Of a DNA stretch of 57,684 nt, positions 28,278-40,622 are shown piece by piece. The DNA is taken from the NCBI RefSeq assembly GCF_001194135.2, contig NC_068985.1, forward strand, positions 101,133,793 to 101,191,476, read 5' to 3'. The notes under the pieces are model-generated. The model searched no databases, was not told where the DNA came from, and saw only the letters and a list, made by a program, of their open reading frames with translations. Made by a program: the position numbers and the translations under genes. This DNA is from Octopus bimaculoides. Its lineage: Eukaryota. How positions within the stretch are numbered: the first letter of the stretch is position 1; every line of letters starts with the position of its first letter.

Positions 28278-29319
28278 TCACGTATGTAACATTGATAAGT
28301 ATTCGTGGTGCAAGTGTGCTGAACTATTTTTCAGGATGTATATATGTGTGCACACTCATTTGTAAACATCTTTCCTGTATGTATAACCAGATGTATTTAT
28401 TACTACTTACACTTCTATATGCCATGTATTTTTTTGCATGTAAATATGATCTTGTACGAATTTACTAGCTTGTATTACAAGCAGACAGCTGTCTGGATTC
28501 TAGTTGCAAAGCTTCTCTTTTTACTTTGAGTAATTTCTGTAGTGTATTCATCGAATTTCTGTCTGAGTGTTTGTGTGTGCGTGCGTGTGTGTTTGTGTGT
28601 GCGTGTGAGTAATTGTGTGTGTCTGTTTATGCGTGTGGCCGTGCGCACGTGCATGCATGCGTTCGTGCGTATGTATGAATGACTACACAAACGATGCCGT
28701 TCTTATTCAGTATCTTGTGCCTTTATAATATCACTATGTGTGTGTATATATATATATAACGTATGTGTGTATGCGTATGTTTATGTACGCTTGTGTGCGC
28801 GTGTGTGGGAGTACTGCATTTTCTGCAATAAGTAATTTTATGATTTGATAAAACCTTTGCCATTTGTGAGTTTAGGTTTTCGTGACCTGGTTATGTCATT
28901 CTATTAGTCATCCTGGTTTAATTGTTCCTTTACAGTTTGATTTCGTTTTATTAGCTGAAATCCTATGATTTTAAATCTGTCTCCAGGAATTTTTTCAAGT
29001 CTGTTCTTTCCCTTATGCGTCCATCTGTCTCTCATCCTCCCTCCCTCCTTTTCTTACTCTCTCTGTGCAGCTATATAATCTAGACAGCAATCTGCTTGGC
29101 TGTTCACCTACCTGCTATCACAAATATTCTTTTTTATTTTATATTAGGAAGTATATTTCTTTTTATAGAAAGTATATTCATTACAGGAGGTATAGTCATA
29201 GAAATTCTTATCAGTGCTTCATATAGAGAAAGTATTCGATATTTTGCACCGCTTAGTAGAAAACATCAGAGAATGTTTATGTATATCAACTTAATACGTA
29301 TATGCCTATAGTAGAAAGG

Positions 29320-29355
29320 ATTATTATTACTATTATTATTATTATTATTATTATT
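29320..29355. repeat. (TTA)n array, the (TAA)n tail of the adjacent minus-strand LINE
   Basis: Seen directly. Confidence 0.93.
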
Positions 29356-29356
29356 G

Positions 29357-29522
29357 TTCAGTAGTTTTCTTTTTATAACGTGCTTTCACTTCACTACCGA
29401 GCGCAGCTCTGTGCGCCTTGGGTATGTGCTGTGGTTTGCTGTGGTGCTTTTATGTTTACTGTATTGAAAGTGTTTTGCGTAGAATGTGTGCAGTACCCAG
29501 TAGTGCGATTTTCTGTATGTTA

Positions 29523-29523
<1 letters not shown>
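29357..29523 (-). mobile_element. Extreme 3' end of an R4/Dong-like (restriction-like endonuclease) non-LTR retrotransposon, family 1
   Basis: Minus strand encodes IQKIALLGTAHILRKTLSIQ* (stop at 29458-29456), followed by about 100 nt of 3' UTR and then (TAA)n. QK.ALLGTA.ILRK.L is the typical C-terminus of this group. Confidence 0.82.

Positions 29524-29590
<67 letters not shown>
29524..29590. repeat. (TTA)n array between the two LINE 3' ends
   Basis: About 22 perfect units seen directly. Confidence 0.95.
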
Positions 29591-29594
<4 letters not shown>

Positions 29595-29595
29595 T

Positions 29596-29885
29596 CCTTC
29601 GTAACACTGTGTAGGTAAAAATGCACCGGAGTCTTTAGTCGTCTCTCAGGTCACAACAAGTATCTGAAATAGATAATACTTGCCTTAAGATGTGAGCTGT
29701 GCCCAATAAGGCTGCTTTTTCAAGTCGTCAATCTTTCATGGGATTTCCAGTTGTCTTAAGGAGTCTTGAAGCTTCAATGGGATTGAGCCCAATGCTCCGA
29801 TCACCGCTGGTATCACTTTTACATTACCCTCTCGTATTCCATACGGTGTTGCCATTTCCACTTTAAATTTGGAGTACACCCGGTG
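29596..29885 (-). mobile_element. 3' end of a second, diverged R4/Dong-like non-LTR retrotransposon, family 2
   Basis: Minus strand: YSKFKVEMATPYGIREGNVKVIPAVIGALGSIPLKLQDSLRQLEIP*KIDDL, then a 1-nt deletion, then KAALLGTAHILRQVLSI. Its 3' UTR is unrelated to family 1 and ends at the (TAA)n array. Confidence 0.85.
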
Positions 29886-29907
29886 ATAATATTTAAAGGT
29901 TTTTCCT

Positions 29908-30048
29908 CCGTCTTTACGTTCTGAGTTGAAATGCCGCCGGGGTTGAATTTATTTTTCATCGTATCGGCGTCGACTAAATAAGTACCAGTTGATGTATCGA
30001 CTTAGGCCTTACCCCGAAATTACTAGCGTCGTACCAAATTTAGACATC
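29908..30048 (+). mobile_element. 5'-truncated SINE (family A)
   Basis: CCGTCTTTACGTTCTGAGTTGAAAT..GTCGACTAAATAAGTACCAGTT matches the 27282-27497 copy. Followed by (TAT)n. Confidence 0.8.
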
Positions 30049-30049
30049 T

Positions 30050-30055
30050 TTATTA

Positions 30056-30100
<45 letters not shown>

Positions 30101-30125
30101 ATATTATTATTATTATTTTTATTAC

Positions 30126-30158
<33 letters not shown>

Positions 30159-30190
30159 TGTAGTCGTCGTCGTCGTCGTCGTATTCATCA
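30050..30190. repeat. Compound trinucleotide repeat (TAT)n-(CAT)n-(CGT)n
   Basis: Seen directly. Confidence 0.92.
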
Positions 30191-30479
30191 CCACTTGGTT
30201 GAACTGCTGACACCGGATGAACGTTTTGTTTTATTTGACAAGACACTTGTATAATTTCAGTTGTTTATTGTTAGAAAAATATTTCTCCCAACATTGAAAT
30301 TGACTATCGATAGCTCAATTATTCAGCAACTGATATTAGCAATATTATTAAATTCTTTGAGAATAAAATATAGTTTTCACTTAACTATGATTTATTTTCT
30401 GTTTTTCTGTTTATAAATCTATTATCAGAAATTGCACCTCATTGTTGTTTGCATATTTTTTATACGTTCCGTTCTATTC

Positions 30480-30610
30480 TACAGGATGTCCAGAAAGTCT
30501 GGGTAAACGGGGTTTAACACATACTTTAAGAAATTATGATTTCTTATATTTTGTTGTTTATGTTATGATATTATTTGACCCCATGTACCACCCCTTCCTA
30601 CTTCATCCTA
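30480..30610. mobile_element. Possible degenerate Tc1/mariner-type MITE
   Basis: Left end TA-CAGGATGTCCAGAAAGTCTGGGTA. The right end TACCACCCCTTCCTACTTCATCCTA is only a poor reverse complement of it. Confidence 0.4.
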
Positions 30611-31595
30611 GAAATTGGTCGACTGCCTAATCACCAAGTGGTTTATTTCCTGTCCTCCGTGTGGCAGAGTTCCTGTTCAACATGCGGTATTTTCCAAATA
30701 ACTAATATCTATATACCAACATCAAAGCACGACGCCGCGTAACCGTCCTCGACCAATCGGAGCCTGTCTTGCGGTAATGAGAATCAACTTCTTCCGCTCA
30801 AATTGAAAATGGCTGGCGATTATCATCACGCTTGAAATTCAAGAGTGCGAACGAATTTCAATCATACATGTAATTCCTAATAAGTTTGTTGAGTGCCTTN
30901 NNNNNNNNNNNNNNNNNNNNNNNNNNNNNNNNNNNNNNNNNNNNNNNNNNNNNNNNNNNNNNNNNNNNNNNNNNNNNNNNNNNNNNNNNNNNNNNNNNNN
31001 NNNNNNNNNNNNNNNNNNNNNNNNNNNNNNNNNNNNNNNNNNNNNNNNNNNNNNNNNNNNNNNNNNNNNNNNNNNNNNNNNNNNNNNNNNNNNNNNNNNN
31101 NNNNNNNNNNNNNNNNNNNNNNNNNNNNNNNNNNNNNNNNNNNNNNNNNNNNNNNNNNNNNNNNNNNNNNNNNNNNNNNNNNNNNNNNNNNNNNNNNNNN
31201 NNNNNNNNNNNNNNNNNNNNNNNNNNNNNNNNNNNNNNNNNNNNNNNNNNNNNNNNNNNNNNNNNNNNNNNNNNNNNNNNNNNNNNNNNNNNNNNNNNNN
31301 NNNNNNNNNNNNNNNNNNNNNNNNNNNNNNNNNNNNNNNNNNNNNNNNNNNNNNNNNNNNNNNNNNNNNNNNNNNNNNNNNNNNNNNNNNNNNNNNNNNN
31401 NNNNNNNNNNNNNNNNNNNNNNNNNNNNNNNNNNNNNNNNNNNNNNNNNNNNNNNNNNNNNNNNNNNNNNNNNNNNNNNNNNNNNNNNNNNNNNNNNNNN
31501 NNNNNNNNNNNNNNNNNNNNNNNNNNNNNNNNNNNNNNNNNNNNNNNNNNNNNNNNNNNNNNNNNNNNNNNNNNNNNNNNNNNNNNNNNNNNNNN

Positions 31596-31633
<38 letters not shown>

Positions 31634-31846
31634 TGTGTCTGTGTTTGTCCCCCTAGCATTGCTTGACAACCGATGCTTGTGTGTTTATGTCCCCGTCACT
31701 TAGCGGTTCTGCAAAACAGACTGATAGAATAAGTACTAGGCTTACAAAGAATAAGTCCAGGGGTCGATTTGCTCGACTAAAGATGGTGCTCCAGCATGGC
31801 CGCAGTCAAATGACTGAAACAAGTAAAAGAATAAAAGAATAAAAGA

Positions 31847-31848
<2 letters not shown>
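31596..31848 (+). mobile_element. 3' portion of a SINE with an internal (TG)n linker (family B here); the head is presumably in the gap
   Basis: 31722-31813 aligns at roughly 85% with 46629-46720. Ends in a (TAAAAGAA)3 tail followed by (TA)n. Confidence 0.82.
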
Positions 31849-31879
<31 letters not shown>

Positions 31880-32641
31880 ATAATAGGAAAGGAAAAATAG
31901 AAGTATAGACGTTACTTTATCCCAAGTTGTTACACATATTCAATAAGAACTCTACAGGTTGTTTCCAAGCCTAATTCATTCAAAAGAAAGCGAAATCACA
32001 AATTAGTCTTTTCCTCAGTGATTCATTATTGGAATGAATGGGTTCTACCAACAAAAATATAAAGACCTTTAAAATAGCCCAGGAAGAAGCAAGCAATTAA
32101 ATAGTGATAGAAAGAAATTAACCAAACGCTTGATCGACCAATAACAGAAAAATATATAAATACATTTCAGTGTCAATTCAAATGACAATTCACAATTTAT
32201 AAATACTTGTTAACGACATTTGCAATTACCGTCTATACAGAGCATTAACTAGCATGACTTATGGAGTCAACTAATTAAATAATTAAAAAACAATATATTA
32301 GCCACTAGTACATAATCAATACAATAATTCAAAGTCAATAATATAATTTTAAACGTAAAGCATATCGTTTATTTACAAATGTCTTTTGTCAAGTAAAACA
32401 GAATAGTTTCTCTTATAGATACAAATTAAAACAAGTGAGAGAATAATTGCAGGAAAATTCCTTCCATTTCGAAATATCAGATAAACATAAATTAAAATCT
32501 ACGATATAAAATTTAAAACAAATTAAAAACCGTATTTTCAAAATAATGAAATTAAAATAAAAACTTCTTATATATCACATTACCAGTTAAACCAATCTAA
32601 GAAAATATTATATATATATAAATATATACATAATAATAATG

Positions 32642-32680
<39 letters not shown>

Positions 32681-33419
32681 AGATAATAACAGATGTAAAT
32701 TGTGTCAATTAATTACACCTATTCTAATTGATTTGTGGAGAGATTTACCAATTCCATTTATTTATTATTATCCAAATCTTTTTCTTGTAATCATTTTTTA
32801 TATCAAATCCGTCTTTTAATATTATGTATTTGCATTCAAATAATTTTTTAATTCTATGCCTTTTATTGCATAATTCTTTGTCTCTAATTATTGACGATAT
32901 GGTCATTCTTCTCGTTGCATACTCTCTCCCATATCGTAGAATAGCAGACTTATTGCCTCTCTTTTGTGGTCTTTCTTGCATAAAAAAGTGGGCATACACA
33001 AGGCTGTCAAATATGTAAAAATATAAATAACTTGGTGACCTTACATTTGTATTTAGCTTTAAAATCTCTTGTTGAATAGAAATTGGATATAAAATAATCT
33101 AAATCTATGTTTTAGAGTTAGTTTCTTTCATATTCACTATCAGATTCCCACCTACTCCATCATCGTTATAATTATTCGCTAATGCGTCGCATTATTTCCT
33201 CCTATAATATTACCAAACTGAAGTATATTTTTGCTCATGACGCCGCTAAATTCACTCAGTGTCCAGCAAAGATCATACAATCATGAAGGTGCACATCTCG
33301 TTGGCCTTTTAATGTCTTTCAATGCTATGCCTCATGCATTCACCTGATGAACACATTGATCAATTATAATTTCGTTACAAACAGCTGTAGTGAATTGACA
33401 CATTATCCATATCTTGTGA

Positions 33420-33421
33420 AA

Positions 33422-33465
<44 letters not shown>
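33420..33465. repeat. (TATC)n microsatellite running into a gap
   Basis: Seen directly. Confidence 0.95.
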
Positions 33466-35603
33466 NNNNNNNNNNNNNNNNNNNNNNNNNNNNNNNNNNN
33501 NNNNNNNNNNNNNNNNNNNNNNNNNNNNNNNNNNNNNNNNNNNNNNNNNNNNNNNNNNNNNNNNNATATATATATATATATTTATATATGCATTTATGTA
33601 TGCCTGTATATGCACACACACATACATAGCTATATATGAATGTATATATGTATGAATATGCGTGTGTGTGTATCTGAACGTCTGCGTACACAATATACAC
33701 TTTGTTCATGACGACTTCAGACCTGATGTAATTATATTCGAATCAATAGTGTGATCAAAGATTTTGTTTATTAATTTAGTGTGTGTAAATATTCAGTCAT
33801 TGTGTAGTGTACAACAGACGACAGAATCGGAATATACAAAGCGATAAGAAATATAAAGACACAGATATTTAGTAAGATTAATGATACTGAGGTATGGAAA
33901 TTGTGATAGTAGTTGCTGTACAAAGAAAAGAAGTTAATAACTATTTAACATCAGTGTGTTTATAAGATTATCGATTCATCTCTGATAAAAAAAAAAAGAA
34001 GAGAGGGAAAAGAAACAAATTTCAATGTGCAATTTACAACTCGAATTTCTCGTTTGATTTTAAGAAATAATTAATAAAATATCATATTCAATTTATAGAA
34101 CGTCTTGTCTCTTCATAAGAAACACATTAAACGTAAAAGTTGATTTTTGTTTCAATCTCTCTTTCTTCTATAAATGGTTCTTTGTAAATTTCCATGAATT
34201 AAATATTTATCTCGAATATCTACGAGAAATAAAAATATGTAATATTTATATTTCATTCAGTTACCTGATATTATATAGAGCTCGTTCTGAGGGAATGAAT
34301 AATTTCGTTTATGCTGCTTTTAATTAACCTTGTTTAGGTCAGAAACTCTTCTTGCTTACAAAGCAACCCACATGATACTAATTAAGAACCACAATTTTAC
34401 CACTAATAACTTACAATATATTTTTGCTCCTGACGTCGCTAATTGTTACAACTGGAAACGTTAATTTGTTTAAGTAATTTTACCTAAGCAATTTAAAATG
34501 AAATGCTGAATTATATTTCAATGTCATAGAACCAGTGATAACAATTACAACAGAAATATAGGGAAACAGCAAAACAATGACCTGGAGAATTACAATATGG
34601 AAACTTCAATTTTTAGTTCAAATTCTAGGTGTAGATGTGGCGGTGAAATGTGTTATTTGCTTCACAACCACATATTTACCTGCTCAGTCACACTGCATGG
34701 AACATTCGGCAAGCGTATTCTGCTGCAAACTATAGAATAAGCAGCAGGCTTAATAGAATTAAACGTGTCGATTTTCTCGGCTACACCCTTGAAGGAGCTT
34801 TTCTACCATGGACATATTCCAATATACTAAACAAATGAAAGGCAAATGCTTTAGTGCTCAGCGAAGGTTTTCTGAAAATGCCAAACTTGAGAATTTACGA
34901 AAAATATAATCCTGAAAATAGGACATTTACTTTCAACGTTTTTACGGATACTGACAACATTTAATGCTAAAATCCTTTCCCAAAGACGAAAGATTTGTAT
35001 TTATTTATTTATTTTTATTTTGATAAATTATTGTAGCTGATGAGTTACTGCTGCACTATGTTGCACTGTTGCGATAATGTCATACGAATTGAAACAATAT
35101 TTATGCTAAAATCAATATTATATTCACGCGCATGCACACATGCNNNNNNNNNNNNNNNNNNNNNNNNNNNNNNNNNNNNNNNNNNNNNNNNNNNNNNNNN
35201 NNNNNNNNNNNNNNNNNNNNNNNNNNNNNNNNNNNNNNNNNNNNNNNNNNNNNNNNNNNNNNNNNNNTATATATAACTAATTTAGAGATGAATCACCACT
35301 CTAGAACTCAGTCAACTCAGAACCCGTCCAAATCCATGCTGCCAGGACTATATCATATGAATGTATCATATAGAGAAACATTCATTATAAAAATATTGAT
35401 TTAATTTGTTTTAAAAATTTAAATATATTTAAGAATAAAAATTATAAATTGGACTGTAAAAATCAATACAATAATATTAAGTATGAAAGTATAAATGTAT
35501 AAAAGTCAGTGCTAGTACATAGACTACGCGCGTTTCATGACTGAAATAGGACTATATAAAATCATAAGCAAATTCCATCCAAGTTCATTAGAACGGAGGA
35601 CAT

Positions 35604-35747
35604 TTCATGTGGGGAATCCTCAAAGCAGGTACGTATGTCCATAAGCCCAGTACATTGGATGATTTGGAGGAAGCTATTCGCGTGGAAGTCACCCAAATTG
35701 ACAGAGCAATGCTGGAGAAAGTTGAGATCAACCTCTAAGAACGGCTT
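35604..35747 (+). mobile_element. Tc1/mariner-superfamily transposase C-terminal fragment
   Basis: Reads FMWGILKAGTYVHKPSTLDDLEEAIRVEVTQIDRAMLEKVEINL*ERL, matching WG.LK..VY...P.TL..L...I..E...I...ML..V..N...RL. Confidence 0.8.
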
Positions 35748-35869
35748 CTAAGAATGCTACCACATGAAGAATTTTGCCTTCCAAACCTTGGATTTTGCAA
35801 TGAAAAAAGAAACTTTTGAAGCAGTAAAGCTGTAGTAACACCAGAGAAAGAGTGGGTATTTACCCTTAT

Positions 35870-35968
35870 AACACGGACAATAAGTTCACAGCAGCCGGCT
35901 GTAAACCTCGTAAAATGTACCCCTCAGATACCAGCTGACCACTCTAACCATTAAGCTAAACAGCCTCC
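35870..35968 (-). mobile_element. Degenerate tRNA-like SINE head
   Basis: Minus strand GGAGGCTGTTTAGCTTAATGGTTAGAGTGG has a clear A box. The B box is poorly preserved. Confidence 0.45.
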
Positions 35969-37177
35969 TAACAACGATTACCCTCAATTTTAGGGAACGG
36001 GTATGAATTACTTAGCGGCCTGCTGGTAACTTTTTTCCGCCTCATAATTTCTGTGTTCTTGTGTACTTTAGCATAGAATGGAAAGACTGACGCGTATGTG
36101 AAACGGCAATTTATGTAAAGAATTAATTGGAAAAAAAAGAAAACATCGTACACAGACATTTTATATGAATCATTATCTTATTGTGTTTTTACTTTTCACG
36201 TTTTCTTTTCAAATGCCTATAGAGAGTATCTATAATATTCATATTCACCTACAAAGCTATTTTGAATTGCTTGAATCACTTAGATGCTATGTTGTACGAG
36301 ACACACCAGGATTTATATATTATATTCTGTTGCTTTGCTATGGAATGATGTGGGTGTCAAATACAGTCCTTTTGTGTTTGTCTTTTTTTTTTTGAAGAAT
36401 GGAATATTAAATAAAGTTTTCTCACTCGGTGCTGTAGTGTATCGTCATTAAGTTTATGAAATGAATACCGGAGCGATAGATGTATGAGTAATTTAATTAC
36501 ATATAAGTACAATCCCAATAATGCATATGTTTTCATGTAAAAATAGTCATTATCGATAAAATGTAATACAATACCGTTATTTTATAATTCTTGTTTTAGT
36601 TATACGGTTTCTAATGAAAAGACTTTCAATTCTAGTTTATTCAAGTGCTCTTTTCGCGTGGGTTTTGAATAAACGTTTACCACAATGCATACACATCAGG
36701 ACCAGTCTCCCTAATAATGCAATTTGTGGCTCCATTGGTGGTTTGCTATTTGCTACTATTATAAAAGAAATCTCTTGAAAAATATCAATATCATTATTTT
36801 CCCCATTTAAGTTTCATACATTAGTAGATACTATATGATCCACTTATTACAACTGATTTACTATTCTCCTATAGAATACTTAATGTCCTTATTCCACTAT
36901 GAAACACTCTATTCGCTTTAACTTAATTGAAAATCATTAGAATGGGGCATCAAGGTTTTATTCAGTATAATACATATTCCGTTATCAAAGGTGAAAGGGA
37001 GAAAGAAGAAAATATATTAGCAAAGAAAGAATTGTTGCGAAGATATATGAAGTCATTATACGAGAATAAATTATCAAAAAAATTTTAAATGCTGAGAGGA
37101 AATTTGTATAAAGTTTGTTTTAAATAATTCTTTTGTTGAAGAAGTATCAGAAAAACAAATCCATCTTTTTGATTTAT

Positions 37178-37228
<51 letters not shown>
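37178..37228. repeat. (GATA)n microsatellite running into a gap
   Basis: Seen directly. Confidence 0.95.
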
Positions 37229-37229
<1 letters not shown>

Positions 37230-37917
37230 TATANNNNNNNNNNNNNNNNNNNNNNNNNNNNNNNNNNNNNNNNNNNNNNNNNNNNNNNNNNNNNNNNNNN
37301 NNNNNNNNNNNNNNNNNNNNNNNNNNNNNNNNNNNNNNNNNNNNNNNNNNNNNNNNNNNNNNNNNNNNNNNNNNNNNNNNNNNNNNNNNNNNNNNNNNNN
37401 NNNNNNNNNNNNNNNNNNNNNNNNNNNNNNNNNNNNNNNNNNNNNNNNNNNNNNNNNNNNNNNNNNNNNNNNNNNNNNNNNNNNNNNNNNNNNNNNNNNN
37501 NNNNNNNNNNNNNNNNNNNNNNNNNNNNNNNNNNNNNNNNNNNNNNNNNNNNNNNNNNNNNNNNNNNNNNNNNNNNNNNNNNNNNNNNNNNNNNNNNNNN
37601 NNNNNNNNNNNNNNNNNNNNNNNNNNNNNNNNNNNNNNNNNNNNNNNNNNNNNNNNNNNNNNNNNNNNNNNNNNNNNNNNNNNNNNNNNNNNNNNNNNNN
37701 NNNNNNNNNNNNNNNNNNNNNNNNNNNNNNNNNNNNNNNNNNNNNNNNNNNNNNNNNNNNNNNNNNNNNNNNNNNNNNNNNNNNNNNNNNNNNNNNNNNN
37801 NNNNNNNNNNNNNNNNNNNNNNNNNNNNNNNNNNNNNNNNNNNNNNNNNNNNNNNNNNNNNNNNNNNNNNNNNNNNNNNNNNNNNNNNNNNNNNNNNNNN
37901 NNNNNNNNNNNNNNNNN

Positions 37918-38184
37918 TAACGTAGTTCTCGGGGATATTCAGCGTGACACAGTGTGACAAGGCTGGCCCTTTGAATTACAGGCACAACAGAAACAGGAAG
38001 TAAGAGTGAGAGAAAGTTGTGGTGAAAAAGTACAGCAGGATTCGCCAACATCCCCTGCCGGAGCCTCGTGAAGCTTTAGGGGTTTTCGCTCAGTAAACAC
38101 TCACGACGTCCGGTCTGGGAATCGAAAACGCGATCCTATGAACGCGAGTCCGCTTCCCTAACCACTGGGCCATTGCGCCTCCAC
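37918..38184 (-). mobile_element. 5' portion of a tRNA-derived SINE (family C), cut by the gap at 37917
   Basis: Minus strand GGAGGCGCAATGGCCCAGTGGTTAGGG. A box TGGCCCAGTGG at 38172-38162, B box GTTTTCGATTCCC at 38129-38117. The body overlaps in sequence with the 4576-4760 copy. Confidence 0.88.
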
Positions 38185-39803
38185 AACTCGCAGTGGTATA
38201 GCTGAGCATTCGAGTAGGCAGACAATAACGAAAGACAACTACCGGTAAGTAGGCGTGTGGGTTCTTACTTGCATGAATAAATAAAATTGGTGTAATTTTA
38301 AAAATTCTTATGTGTATTTCTCATTTGAAAATATGTCCTCGAAATTCTGCGAGTGGTTTTACTGAAATGCATCTCTCGCTAGAACAGATAATATGCAAGA
38401 GATATAGCTATTTCTTTTTTAAGAAAGTATGATCTGAGAGGAGTAAAACATGATTTTCTCTATCTTGGAATTCGTTGTAAATTTTCTGTTCACTTCTCGA
38501 ATTTTTTTCTCTTTAGAATGAACCCTATGAACTAAACGAATTCGTGACGTTAGACGTAGTCTTTTTAAATTTATGTAGCATAATTGTTGGTAACGCAATT
38601 ATATATTCGTTAAGTTACTTTTTTTTCCAGGAGCATTGAAAATATATCATGCGTATCACGATCCCAGCCAGATTCATACGTTACATTCTTACAGTTAGAT
38701 GTGATTTAGGCTCCTAATATTCACCGTTATATTATCATGCAGATCAAACACGAAATTCCACTCCTTTCATCATAGATTCCAGCTATGCCTGCTGTTCAGG
38801 TCAGTTGTCAATGTTTCATCAAACGGCCGATACTTGCGGACTCTGTCACACATACACACACAAACAGACTCATACACGCTTGCGTACATCTCTCTTACGA
38901 AGAAGAATGGCAGAGAGACACGAATACATACATACATACATACTTACATATATATATATATATATTATATTATATTACATTATATTATATTATATTATAT
39001 TTGTGAAAGAATGTCTCTTTCTGTGTGCATATGTGTGTTTCTGTGGGTGTATGGAAGACACGGATATGCATTTTAGAGTGTTTAAATGAATTTCGTGTGA
39101 GAACACGTATGAAGCGTTTAACCAATCCGAAGTCTATAGAAGTAAAATCGATAGTTGGCATTTGGCTATTATCTAATCAATATATTGATAAAAGTATTTA
39201 CAGATGCTCACCATTAAATATGCTCACACGAAGGTCACTAAATGAACAGTAACGTTACATTACTTTTCTATATATGATCTTCCGTTAATGATGTATAAAC
39301 CGAAGTTCCTAGTCATTTGGTCTCTAAAGATGCATGTCGAATTCATAATTATGAAATAACTTTGTAGTTTATTAATGCAGTTTAGTATCATATATTTCCC
39401 TTCCAATCCATCTCGGATCAAAAAATGTTATCGCTTTCCATCACGCTCCAGTAATGTACTTTTTAGAATGGTAAGCGACGTGCGATAAGGGCACATCCTA
39501 TAATGCATGCCAACTCAAATTTCAGTTCTTATTCAATCATATATATTTTATAATCCTCCGCTGTCTATTTCCCCCACTCTCATCCACACGCCGTGTATTT
39601 ATTACTTCTCAAATCTAGCAAAGAGTGATCATAATCACGATATTTTAGTTTCTAAAAGGACATCATTTTATACGATGAAATTTTTGTACCACGGATAAAA
39701 AGAATTGGCTTTGTGTGTGGTTATATATATATATATATGTGTGTGTGCGTGTGTGTGTATATGTGTGCCTGTGTGTGCGCGCGCGTGTGAATATATATAT
39801 GTG

Positions 39804-39820
<17 letters not shown>

Positions 39821-39837
<17 letters not shown>

Positions 39838-39894
39838 TAGAGAAAGAGAGAGAGAGAGAGAAAGAGAGAGCGAGAGAGAGAGAGAGAGAGAGAG
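39821..39894. repeat. (GA)n microsatellite running into a gap
   Basis: Seen directly. Confidence 0.95.
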
Positions 39895-39936
39895 NNNNNN
39901 NNNNNNNNNNNNNNNNNNNNNNNNNNNNNNNNNNNN

Positions 39937-39968
<32 letters not shown>

Positions 39969-40018
39969 CTATTATCATCTGGCTCCTCCTCCTCCTCTTC
40001 TTCTTCTTCTTCTTCTTA

Positions 40019-40058
<40 letters not shown>

Positions 40059-40070
40059 CATCATCATCAC
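39937..40070. repeat. Compound trinucleotide repeat (TAA)n .. (TCC)n-(TCT)n-(TAT)n-(CAT)n
   Basis: Seen directly. Confidence 0.9.
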
Positions 40071-40622
40071 TATTGCGCGAGAGAATAACGCTTTCCATCA
40101 AAGTGACACTGGGATACAAATATACGAAGACCAGGACATCACTACAATATATGCGCGGCATAGTGATACAATCTCAAGAACAACAGTGAATGACAATGCA
40201 GCTGGGGTCCAGTTGGAACTATCGTGAGTTTGAGTAACTCCCCCCGCTTAAAAGATCCCTGGGAAAGGTTTTATTAGGAATGTTGAAGGAAGTATCCATG
40301 TATCTAGCGGTGAATTATTCGAGCCACAAAGAAACCCTACAAGTGGTTATGATGCTCCTCCACTACTTTTGCACGTGGTCTGAGATTCACACATTGTCAG
40401 TCACAAAGGGGCATGCTCACCAGATTAATGTTAGATAACTGATAAGCAAATATGTATTCTACAGAATATTTGCTGTAGTCTATCTTTTATACCAAGGCAA
40501 AACATGTACATAATAGCATCTCCAATCTGTTAAGATTATAAGCCAGTTAAGATTAAAGGCCTGGTAGTGCATCAGGACGTGATGCAATTATTATTATTAG
40601 TAGTATCATTAATATTAATATT

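Noticed and set aside
29320-30190. CRISPR-like or minisatellite array
   Set aside because: The repeats are simple trinucleotide runs separated by TE fragments, not a constant repeat with unique spacers, and the context is eukaryotic.
32745-32999. Tigger/pogo-like N-terminal HTH (GREY..TISSIIRDKE)
   Set aside because: Only a short, weak resemblance, with no TIR or DDE region nearby.
38100-38184. tRNA gene, also considered at 15210-15290 and 35870-35968
   Set aside because: A and B boxes are present, but no acceptor stem closes and the sequence continues into repeat bodies, so these are SINE heads.
40230-40575. Probable further interspersed repeat, also 22380-22530
   Set aside because: It seems familiar from octopus sequence, but there is no second copy, terminus or coding motif in this window to support a call.
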